A DNA stretch of 61,170 bases from an uncultured Erysipelotrichaceae bacterium (GTDB taxonomy: Bacteria > Bacillota_I > Bacilli_A > RF39 > UBA660), in NCBI GenBank assembly GCA_902801685.1, contig CADCIZ010000003.1, forward strand, positions 1-61,170, read 5' to 3'. Of this stretch, positions 29,679 through 36,822 are shown piece after piece; position 1 is the first letter of the stretch, and every line of letters starts with the position of its first letter. The notes under the pieces are model-generated. The model saw only the letters and a list, made by a program, of their open reading frames with translations, was not told the origin of the DNA and made no database searches. Made by a program: the position numbers and the translations under genes.

Positions 29679-29840
29679 GGAAACAGACGGAGGCAAACGC
29701 AGAGCTACATGTATGATTTTATCTGCTTATAATAAAAAAATATATTGCCTATGACATTCATCTATAATATAATTTATTCAGGGAATATCAGTTGCCTGAG
29801 TGTCTACCTCTAATCTACATAGAGAGGAGGTTTGATAATT

Positions 29841-29933
29841 ATGAACAAGAGAGTTTTTATTATAAGAATTCTTAGATACATTGCTATCATTTTATCGCTC
29901 CTTACCACTTTGGTAATAGCTATAAAGAAATGA
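29841..29933 (+). CDS. candidate type I toxin, 30-aa hydrophobic peptide (copy 2)
   Basis: MNKRVFIIRILRYIAIILSLLTTLVIAIKK. Same 5' UTR as copy 1, nearly identical from GGGAATATCAG to the SD. Promoter TTGCCT-17-TATAAT (29745..29773). Confidence 0.55.
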   Translation: MNKRVFIIRILRYIAIILSLLTTLVIAIKK

Positions 29934-30049
29934 CACTCATTCGTTAGAATAAGTGTCTCAAAATAAGCACCTTATGGCAATTGTTGGGTAGACATTCAAC
30001 TCGAGAAAACTGAATGTTCCCTTTTTTATTTTATGCAATTTCTCTTGCT
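29924..30049 (-). ncRNA. candidate antisense antitoxin RNA (copy 2); ends approximate
   Basis: Minus-strand promoter TTGCAA(30079..30084)-17-TATTAT(30056..30061), conserved in position with copy 1. A hairpin at the toxin stop codon is maintained by compensatory changes. Confidence 0.35.
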
Positions 30050-30230
30050 ACATACATAATAACACATATTTATTCGTTTTGCAAATTTTTACCAATCTGT
30101 TTCTATTTTATAAAAATTCAAAAATGATTATAGCCTACACAGATGAACAGAGAGCTACCTGAATAATTTATTAACAAAAAAATAAGCAATCACATTAATT
30201 AATTAGTTTTTTCTCCTTTTTTAAGTTCTT

Positions 30231-30752
30231 TTATAATTCTTTTATAATTCTTTTATATCTATCGCTCTGTTTGGCATAGATACCATTTGAAAATACAATC
30301 CCCTTATCTCTAAACATATTATAGTATTCACTTATGCTTTCATAATTATATTCCCAAACAAATTCTCCACAATAAATACTTCTTTCAGAGTTATATATTC
30401 CATAGCCATCTTCATCACATGCCGAATAAAAAATCTCAATTTTACCTTTCTTATAATTTCTTATAACATCACATCTACCAGCAAATTCACGATAATACTC
30501 TTTTATATAGCTATGACTTAAATCAATGTTTTTAGCTTTACAATATTCTTCTAATTCTTGTTCTGTTTCAAAATAATTACCATGTACACTATATACTGTC
30601 ATTTCAGGAATAGGCATTTCCTTAATAGGATTAATATTCTTAGGTTCTCCATCAATAATTCTTTTAAACATTGCACCCGCTCTTTTCAAATTTTCTTTAT
30701 CTAGCATTGCTTTTGTAGTTGCCTCTGAAACATTAAATACATTCTCACTCAT
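30231..30752 (-). CDS. hypothetical protein (islet cargo)
   Basis: ORF of about 173 aa (MSENVFNV...). No motif recognised. Lies between the two TGTAGTCTAC repeat blocks. Confidence 0.6.
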   Translation of the reverse strand: MSENVFNVSEATTKAMLDKENLKRAGAMFKRIIDGEPKNINPIKEMPIPEMTVYSVHGNYFETEQELEEYCKAKNIDLSHSYIKEYYREFAGRCDVIRNYKKGKIEIFYSACDEDGYGIYNSERSIYCGEFVWEYNYESISEYYNMFRDKGIVFSNGIYAKQSDRYKRIIKEL

Positions 30753-30910
30753 TATAATTACCATCCTATTTGCTTTTCTTATAAATTAATATCATCTCTT
30801 TTTACACCAATGTCTGTAATTTAATTCTATCATACTTTTCTACTATTGTAACTGAACCATTAACTTTTTATCATTTCAGGTTAAATTCAATTCCTTGTAT
30901 TCCAACAGGT

Positions 30911-30942
30911 TGTAGTCTATATGTAGTCTACCTGTAGTCTAT
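30911..30942. repeat. 3 x tandem 11-bp repeat TGTAGTCTA(C/T)
   Basis: TGTAGTCTATA TGTAGTCTACC TGTAGTCTAT. Confidence 0.9.
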
Positions 30943-30987
30943 GCATACTAATGGAGAGGCACATGTATGCAAATTTACGTTTTTGGT

Positions 30988-31024
30988 AAAAAATAAAGGA
31001 ATCCCTTGTAATCCTTGGAATTCC
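30988..31024 (-). terminator. rho-independent terminator of the tRNA operon
   Basis: Minus strand reads GGAAUUCC-11 nt-GGGAUUCC followed by UUUAUUUUUU. Confidence 0.7.
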
Positions 31025-31036
31025 GTTGATTTCTCA

Positions 31037-31112
31037 TGGTGTCTCGCAGGCGATTCGAACGCCTGACCCTTTGATTAAAAGTCAAATGCTCTACCTACTG
31101 AGCTAGCGAGAC
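31037..31112 (-). tRNA. tRNA-Lys(UUU)
   Basis: GTCTCGC acceptor stem, anticodon loop CTTTTAA, TTCGAAT T-loop, encoded CCA. 76 nt. Confidence 0.95.
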
Positions 31113-31129
31113 GTATAATTATAAAAAGA

Positions 31130-31204
31130 TGGCTGCCTCGGCTAGATTCGAACTAGCGCATGCCACAGTCAAAGTGTGGTGCCTTACCGCTTGGCTACGA
31201 GGCA
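31130..31204 (-). tRNA. tRNA-Gln(UUG)
   Basis: TGCCTCG acceptor stem, anticodon loop CTTTGAC, encoded CCA. 75 nt. Confidence 0.95.
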
Positions 31205-31217
31205 ATAACCTTAAAAG

Positions 31218-31301
31218 TGGTGGAGGGAGATGGATTTGAACCATCGAACCCGAAGGAACAGATTTACAGTCTGCCGCGTTTGACCACTTCGCTATCCCTC
31301 C
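31218..31301 (-). tRNA. tRNA-Tyr(GUA)
   Basis: GGAGGGA acceptor stem, anticodon loop CTGTAAA, long variable arm, encoded CCA. 84 nt. Confidence 0.95.
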
Positions 31302-31346
31302 AAAAGTGGTGCCGGAAATAGGACTTGAACCCACAACCTACTGATT

Positions 31347-31970
31347 CATACTACTATAGTTTTCACTACCACATTCGTGTTTGTAGTCTGGACTTTCTCT
31401 TAACCGTATCAATTGACTTAGGTTCGTCGTATAAAGTCTCTACACTCGAGTATTTTACTCTAGCTCGGGATTGCCATATAATGAGTATTTCTTTCTATCT
31501 TTTCTACCATTTCCTATATTTGCGCCTTTGTAAGTTGCTGTTAAGGAATGGCAATTTGGGCATAAAAGAATTAAATTGTCTTCTGAATTATTCAAATAAT
31601 TTCCATCTACATGTTCAATTTCTAGCGGTATCTCATTAGTATAAGGATTCCTAATGTTCCATCCACATCTTCCACATTTATTATCATACTTTTCAAATAA
31701 ATAACGTCTGATGTGATTAGAAATTTGATATTTTCCTTTTAAACCTGATTCAATACCATTTTTCCAATTATCAATGTATGATAAATATTGATAATTTTTT
31801 TGGCACTTATTATTACAATACTTGCCATTTGAACTTTTAAGTGGCATATTACAATACAAACAATTCATTGCAATCACCTCTTATGAAGGTTTCCCCGAAT
31901 TAGCGACGTCCACTTTATAAATTTCTTTATAAAGGTGCAAGATAGTTCAAAAGTATTACTACTCTATCCC
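31347..31970 (-). mobile_element. group-I-like intron in the tRNA-Thr anticodon loop (between nt 36 and 37)
   Basis: Follows an exon-terminal U and ends in G (..UAGUAUG). Core-like strings are CCUAAGUCAA, GUCCAGACUACAA and CUAUAGUAG. About 200 nt of non-coding core are split by an endonuclease ORF. Confidence 0.7.
31455..31868 (-). CDS. HNH homing-endonuclease-like protein (intron-encoded)
   Basis: N-terminal Cys4 ribbon (CLYCN..CNNKC). HNH core EIEHVDGN...N..LLCPNCH. The ATG at 31868 follows AGAGGTG. Confidence 0.85.
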   Translation of the reverse strand: MNCLYCNMPLKSSNGKYCNNKCQKNYQYLSYIDNWKNGIESGLKGKYQISNHIRRYLFEKYDNKCGRCGWNIRNPYTNEIPLEIEHVDGNYLNNSEDNLILLCPNCHSLTATYKGANIGNGRKDRKKYSLYGNPELE

Positions 31971-32025
31971 ACAAGTCAGTTGCTCTACCAGTTGAGCTAT
32001 TCCGGCAATATATTAAAAAAATAAA

Positions 32026-32102
32026 TGGTGGGCGATATAGGACTCGAACCTATGACCCCCTGCTTGTAAGGCAGGTGCTCTAACCAACTGAGCTAATCGC
32101 CC
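32026..32102 (-). tRNA. tRNA-Val(UAC)
   Basis: GGGCGAT acceptor stem, anticodon loop CTTACAA, encoded CCA. 77 nt. Confidence 0.95.
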
Positions 32103-32123
32103 GAAAACATTTGGACGTATTTA

Positions 32124-32152
32124 ACTATACCATGTAAAAGGTGGTTTGTCAA
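32124..32152 (-). promoter_or_regulatory. promoter of the tRNA operon
   Basis: Minus strand reads TTGACA-17-TATAGT with TGG extended -10, about 20 nt upstream of tRNA-Val. Confidence 0.7.
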
Positions 32153-32162
32153 TAAGTATTTT

Positions 32163-32519
32163 TTACTTTTTGATATTTTTTATACTATTTTCTATCCAAA
32201 TTGGCAAATGATATGCAAGTGTTTTAAAGCCTAGAGGTGTTTCTTTAATTTTCTTTCTTCTAATCTTATTTATATTTTTATAATCTATATCTTTAATACT
32301 TAATCTTAAATGTCCTAAATCATTATCAACATCTAAGATTTTAACACATATAATATCTCCTACTTTAACATAGTCATTAATATCTTTAACATATCCATTA
32401 GTTATTTCTGAAATATGTATTAAACCTGTATAATACTCATCTAAAGATACAAACACACCATAACTCTCAATTCCTGTTACAGTGGCTTTTACTATATGAT
32501 ACTTCCTATATTTAGACAT
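32163..32519 (-). CDS. S1 RNA-binding domain protein (YabR/GSP13-like)
   Basis: V.G.V..I..YGVFV.L....GLIHISE......D......VGD...VK.L.VD S1 signature. Confidence 0.8.
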   Translation of the reverse strand: MSKYRKYHIVKATVTGIESYGVFVSLDEYYTGLIHISEITNGYVKDINDYVKVGDIICVKILDVDNDLGHLRLSIKDIDYKNINKIRRKKIKETPLGFKTLAYHLPIWIENSIKNIKK

Positions 32520-32613
32520 AGACACCACCACTGAGAATTATATCATATTTTTTTGATTAAAAAAAGACTTTACAAAACATATCAACTAGACTATAATAAC
32601 ACTTGGTGATTTG

Positions 32614-32844
32614 ATGAAGAACGAAACAGAAAAAATTATAGAAATTATTAATAAATTAAAGCCATTTTTAATTAATGACGGAGGAAACATTGAATTTATT
32701 AAATATGAAGATGGAATAGTATATATAAGAATGATGGGAGCTTGCGCGAACTGTCAGATGTTAGATCTTACTCTAAAAGAAGGAATTGAAGCAGCTATTA
32801 TGAGTGAGGTTGAAAGTGTGAGAGGAGTAATTAATGTCGCTTAA
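32614..32844 (+). CDS. NifU-like (Nfu C-terminal domain) Fe-S assembly protein
   Basis: GGNIEFI....G.VY.R..GAC..C.....TLK.GIE motif with a CxxC pair. Confidence 0.85.
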   Translation: MKNETEKIIEIINKLKPFLINDGGNIEFIKYEDGIVYIRMMGACANCQMLDLTLKEGIEAAIMSEVESVRGVINVA

Positions 32845-32873
32845 TAATTAACTTAATTGATAAGTTAATTTTT

Positions 32874-33749
32874 TTATATTTTCATTAACCATTCAATCTC
32901 TGGCATTTGATACTTTATTTTCATATAAGCATATATTTCTTTTATAAACTCTTCATAATCGCTCACTTTATCTATAATTATATTAATCTTATTCTCACTA
33001 ACATTCCCTTGAATAATTTCATCATATATATCAAAATAGTAAGATGGATATAGTAATCTAGCTAAAAAAAGAGTGGCTTCATCATTAGATAGTTTTACAT
33101 AATCAATATAATTCTTAACATCTATTATTGGATTTTTAACATAAAAAAATTGTTGTTTAAAATATTCAGTTATATCTCTTACCTTTACATCTATAATCAT
33201 ATTAAGAGGATTATAAAAATCTAGATTTGATGAGTTTTTATATATTCTATTATGTTCAATATATGTATCAAACATCTTTTTATCTACCATACCTACCAAC
33301 ATAATTGCGCTCTCAGTCATTCCACAATAGTATTCAAAAGAACTATAAAGCATGGGATATTTCTTTCTAAATTGATTCATTTGATATTCATAGTAATCTA
33401 TTTTATTTATCCACAATTCTTTCCAATTACATTTATTCTTACCAAACATTATATTATAATTTGCAACATCTAAATAATTAATTTTATCTATCTTACAGTA
33501 TATTTTAATAAGAATATAATTACTATTTTCAATATTAGTAATATACGTTTTAGCTTTATTCAAAATAATTTCATGACAATATATATTGTGGTTAATTAAA
33601 TAATCATAAATATTACTTAATAAAGATATATTTCCATCATACTTTACTAAATAATATAAAGAATCATCTATAATTATTTTATAGTTTCCATTACTCTTAA
33701 TAATATCATTACAATATATATCATAATAGTATATTAAAGCATTTCGCAT
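32874..33749 (-). CDS. hypothetical protein (possibly CotS/YutH-like kinase fold; unverified)
   Basis: 291-aa ORF. The general layout resembles spore-coat kinase-fold proteins, but no HGD.H..N catalytic motif was seen. Confidence 0.45.
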   Translation of the reverse strand: MRNALIYYYDIYCNDIIKSNGNYKIIIDDSLYYLVKYDGNISLLSNIYDYLINHNIYCHEIILNKAKTYITNIENSNYILIKIYCKIDKINYLDVANYNIMFGKNKCNWKELWINKIDYYEYQMNQFRKKYPMLYSSFEYYCGMTESAIMLVGMVDKKMFDTYIEHNRIYKNSSNLDFYNPLNMIIDVKVRDITEYFKQQFFYVKNPIIDVKNYIDYVKLSNDEATLFLARLLYPSYYFDIYDEIIQGNVSENKINIIIDKVSDYEEFIKEIYAYMKIKYQMPEIEWLMKI

Positions 33750-33797
33750 AACTCACCTTCTTATTAAAAAACTAATAGTTTATTACAGCTATTAGTT

Positions 33798-34322
33798 TTA
33801 ATTTATTATATCTTTTATTAATTCTATCTTTTTATTTAATTCATCTATTTGTTGCTTCAAAGCAATATTTTCTTTTTGCAATTCTTCATAATTATTATTT
33901 TGAACATTAGTATTATTTATTGCATCATCATTATTGTTAAATATTTTATTATAAGTTTCAACTCCAAGTTTAAAAGTTCTATAATCCTTAATCTTTAAAT
34001 TATTAAGCATAGATAATTCTAAATATCTAACATATTCAGTATTATTCTCTTTATCATTTATAATAGTTGCGATATCTTTCTTTACCATGTCATACTCATT
34101 ATCATCATTAATCTTTAACCCAATTAAATACCCAGTTGGAGCAGGACCTTGTGCGCTATTTACAACCTCTTGTAATATCTTAACTATATAAAATATAACA
34201 TGACTATCATTATCTATTTCACCTTTTGTATAAATAAAATAATAATTATTATTACTAATATAGTATATGCCACTCACTTTAACTTTATTTCCATCAATAT
34301 CAATTATTTCAATATTATTCAT
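33798..34322 (-). CDS. hypothetical protein with C-terminal coiled coil
   Basis: 174-aa ORF. The C-terminus reads NNYEELQKENIALKQQIDELNKKIELIKD. Confidence 0.55.
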   Translation of the reverse strand: MNNIEIIDIDGNKVKVSGIYYISNNNYYFIYTKGEIDNDSHVIFYIVKILQEVVNSAQGPAPTGYLIGLKINDDNEYDMVKKDIATIINDKENNTEYVRYLELSMLNNLKIKDYRTFKLGVETYNKIFNNNDDAINNTNVQNNNYEELQKENIALKQQIDELNKKIELIKDIIN

Positions 34323-34382
34323 AATCTCACCTTTTTATTCTATATCCATTATATTTAATTTTATACATTTTTACAAGAAATT

Positions 34383-35123
34383 TTAATAATAAACGTCATT
34401 TAAATATAATCCACATGCAGGCGCACATATACCTGATGCAGTTCTATCTTCTTTAGCTATTATGTCAATAACATCAGAACTTTTTACCTTTCCTTCGCCA
34501 ACTTCAATAAGTAAACCAACAATGTTTCTTACCATATATCTTAAGAAACCATCACCAAGAAGTGATATAGTTACTCTATTAACATTTTTAGGATCCCTTT
34601 CTAATTTAGCCTGAATAATAGTCCTTACATAGTCATCCTTCTCTTCATTAGGTTTAGTAAAAGATTTAAAGTTATGTTTTCCTTCTAGATACTTAAGTGC
34701 CCTTTCCATCTCTGGAATATCTAGTCTTTTATTTAATTGATAAACATAGTTTCTCTCGATAGGATTATAACCATCTAAATTAATTTTATAAATATATTCT
34801 TTTGCCTTTACATTAAATCTAGCATGATAATCATCTGCTACTTTAGTAATACCTCTAACATAAATATCATCTGGAAGTAAACTATTCAAACTGTATTTTA
34901 ATTTGGATAAATCAAGTTCTTTATCTAAATCAAAATGAGCTTTCTGATTATAAGCATGAACTCCTGCATCAGTTCTACCTGATGCATGAATAGACACACT
35001 TATTTCCCCATTAATTTTAGTTAAAGCTTTTTCTATTTCTCCTTGAATTGTTCTTTCTTTAATTTGCTTTTGATATCCCGAAAAATTAGAACCATCATAA
35101 GAAAATGTCATAAAATATCTCAT
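34383..35123 (-). CDS. truA: tRNA pseudouridine(38-40) synthase
   Basis: F.YDG..F.G.Q.Q and GRTDAGVHA catalytic Asp motif. Its ATG overlaps the upstream stop (ATGA). Confidence 0.92.
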   Translation of the reverse strand: MRYFMTFSYDGSNFSGYQKQIKERTIQGEIEKALTKINGEISVSIHASGRTDAGVHAYNQKAHFDLDKELDLSKLKYSLNSLLPDDIYVRGITKVADDYHARFNVKAKEYIYKINLDGYNPIERNYVYQLNKRLDIPEMERALKYLEGKHNFKSFTKPNEEKDDYVRTIIQAKLERDPKNVNRVTISLLGDGFLRYMVRNIVGLLIEVGEGKVKSSDVIDIIAKEDRTASGICAPACGLYLNDVYY

Positions 35124-35953
35124 GCTTTACCACCTGACTTTTTCTCTATATAAAAATATATATCTTTAATTAAATCGTTAACATTGTCTCTATAATTTAG
35201 TTTTATTTTAGCTTTTTTCTCAAACAATTGTTGAAACTTTATTATATCTGGCACATAAATATTAGTATTCTTTAATTTATTACTAGTAAGTACATCATAC
35301 TTATTGCCATGTATCAATATCTTATTATCATTAATCACATATATATAATCTGCAACTCTAAGTATAAAATCTGTATCATTACCAAGTATTACTATAGTTT
35401 TATTGTACTTAAGTTTCATCATTTTAATTAATTTAAACAATTCATCTTTGTTGGCTTCATCTAAAAAACATGTTGGATCATCTAATATAATTACTTTCGG
35501 ATTAATAGAAAGAGTAGTTGCAAGAGCAACTTTAAATCTTTCTGAATCACTTAGTGTTTTTATCTTTCTACTAACAAAATTACTATTTAATCCAACCATT
35601 TTAAGCGAATCTATAATTCTTTTTTTACTTTTTTTATAGTTATATATAGTAAGTTGATACGCCATATGTTCTTCTACTGTTCTTTCAAAAAATGTTATAT
35701 CTGTGTTTTGAATAACCATACCAATATCAAATCTAAGTTGATTATAATTAACATCTTGCATATTTAAATCAAGAACATTTTTATCTATTATAATTTTCCC
35801 ACTTTTTGGTTTCCTTACAGTTGCGATAACCTCACCTATTATACTTTTACCACTTGCATTATCTCCTATAATAGCAGTTACCTTAGAATTAAAGATACAT
35901 AAATTAAGTTTCTTAAAATTACAAACATCAATATTACTTAATACTATTTCCAT
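35120..35953 (-). CDS. EcfA2-like ABC ATPase with degenerate catalytic motifs
   Basis: Walker A GDNASGKS, Q-loop VIQN, signature LSDSE, Walker B VIILDD (no Glu), and GND in the H-loop position. Confidence 0.75.
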   Translation of the reverse strand: MEIVLSNIDVCNFKKLNLCIFNSKVTAIIGDNASGKSIIGEVIATVRKPKSGKIIIDKNVLDLNMQDVNYNQLRFDIGMVIQNTDITFFERTVEEHMAYQLTIYNYKKSKKRIIDSLKMVGLNSNFVSRKIKTLSDSERFKVALATTLSINPKVIILDDPTCFLDEANKDELFKLIKMMKLKYNKTIVILGNDTDFILRVADYIYVINDNKILIHGNKYDVLTSNKLKNTNIYVPDIIKFQQLFEKKAKIKLNYRDNVNDLIKDIYFYIEKKSGGKA

Positions 35954-36696
35954 AATTCATCCACCAACGATTCCATATCTTTAATATTTTTATCAACAAG
36001 CCCATAGTATTTTAATTTATTAGTTATATCCAGTAAAAAAGGTAACTTTAAATGATTATCTTCAAATAACTTATTATCTTTAATTACCTCTTTAGTTTTT
36101 TTATTAAACACTAATTTCTTATCTACTAAAATAGTATAATCAGAGCCTATAGTTTCTCTAACATCACTCGCAAAATTAATAATAGTTATTTTCTTCTTCT
36201 TTAACTTATTAAAATAACTTAATACCTTTTCTTTCATCACTCTATTCATTCTACATAGTGCATTATCAAGTATTAGAATATCTAAATCAAGAACAAGAAT
36301 AGAACATAATACTACTAATTGTTTTTCTCCTAAACTAAGATTATAAGGATCCTTATCCAGAATACTATCTATTCCAAAGTAGGATACTATACTTTTAAAA
36401 CGACTAGATATTTGACGCTTACTATAATTATTCATCTCCATAAAGAACTTAATCTGTTTTTCTACTGTGCGTCCTACAATCTGTTTATCAGGATTAGTTA
36501 CAACATAGTTAATATTACCATTAACTTTAACTTTTTTATTTCCTTTTATAATTGTATTAAATAAGGTAGTTTTGCCACTTGAAGAAGGCCCGATTATCGT
36601 AGTATATGCACCACCACAAATGTTTAAATTTAGTTTATCATATATTACAACATTATCTTTTTTCAATATTAAATTTTTTATTTCTACCTTATTCAT
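35944..36696 (-). CDS. EcfA1-like ABC ATPase with degenerate catalytic motifs
   Basis: Walker A GPSSSGKT, VVTNPD (Q-loop Gln lost), signature LSLGE, Walker B ILILDN, and no H-loop His. The ATG at 36696 follows GGTGGG. Confidence 0.75.
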   Translation of the reverse strand: MNKVEIKNLILKKDNVVIYDKLNLNICGGAYTTIIGPSSSGKTTLFNTIIKGNKKVKVNGNINYVVTNPDKQIVGRTVEKQIKFFMEMNNYSKRQISSRFKSIVSYFGIDSILDKDPYNLSLGEKQLVVLCSILVLDLDILILDNALCRMNRVMKEKVLSYFNKLKKKKITIINFASDVRETIGSDYTILVDKKLVFNKKTKEVIKDNKLFEDNHLKLPFLLDITNKLKYYGLVDKNIKDMESLVDELWK

Positions 36697-36822
36697 AATA
36701 CCCACCTTTCTAAATATTATAATATATTAGTAGGTGTTTGTAAACAAAATTTGACAGAAAAAACGGTGATATTTTTAAAAAATAAGTGCAGAATTTAAAG
36801 AATTGTGATTAGCTTATTTAGA

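Larger units (their letters stand above)
31307..32006 (-). tRNA. tRNA-Thr(UGU) interrupted by a 624-nt intron (exons 32006..31971 and 31346..31307)
   Basis: The joined exons give GCCGGAATAGCTCAACTGGTAGAGCAACTGACTTGT|AATCAGTAGGTTGTGGGTTCAAGTCCTATTTCCGGCACCA, a complete 76-nt cloverleaf with anticodon loop CTTGTAA. Confidence 0.88.

Noticed and set aside
29658-30942. Checked whether the short tandem repeats or any other region form a CRISPR array.
   Set aside because: The repeat units are only 11 bp and directly abut one another without spacers. No array with 24-40-bp repeats and spacers, and no cas genes, occur anywhere in the window.
25812-31112. Considered calling the whole block (dGTPase-like, SLT, methylase, toxin modules) one integrated mobile element or defence island at tRNA-Lys.
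   Set aside because: Only the 1.5-kb segment is bracketed by the tRNA repeat. No integrase, recombinase or second att copy was found beyond 29550. HD/dGTPase-like genes are commonly housekeeping in Firmicutes. I kept it as a hypothesis inside the methylase finding only.
31119-31639. Two ORFs from the supplied track (31119..31334 minus strand, 31325..31639 plus strand).
   Set aside because: They run through tRNA-Gln, tRNA-Tyr, the tRNA-Thr 3' exon and the intron core. The tRNA and intron interpretation explains the sequence completely.
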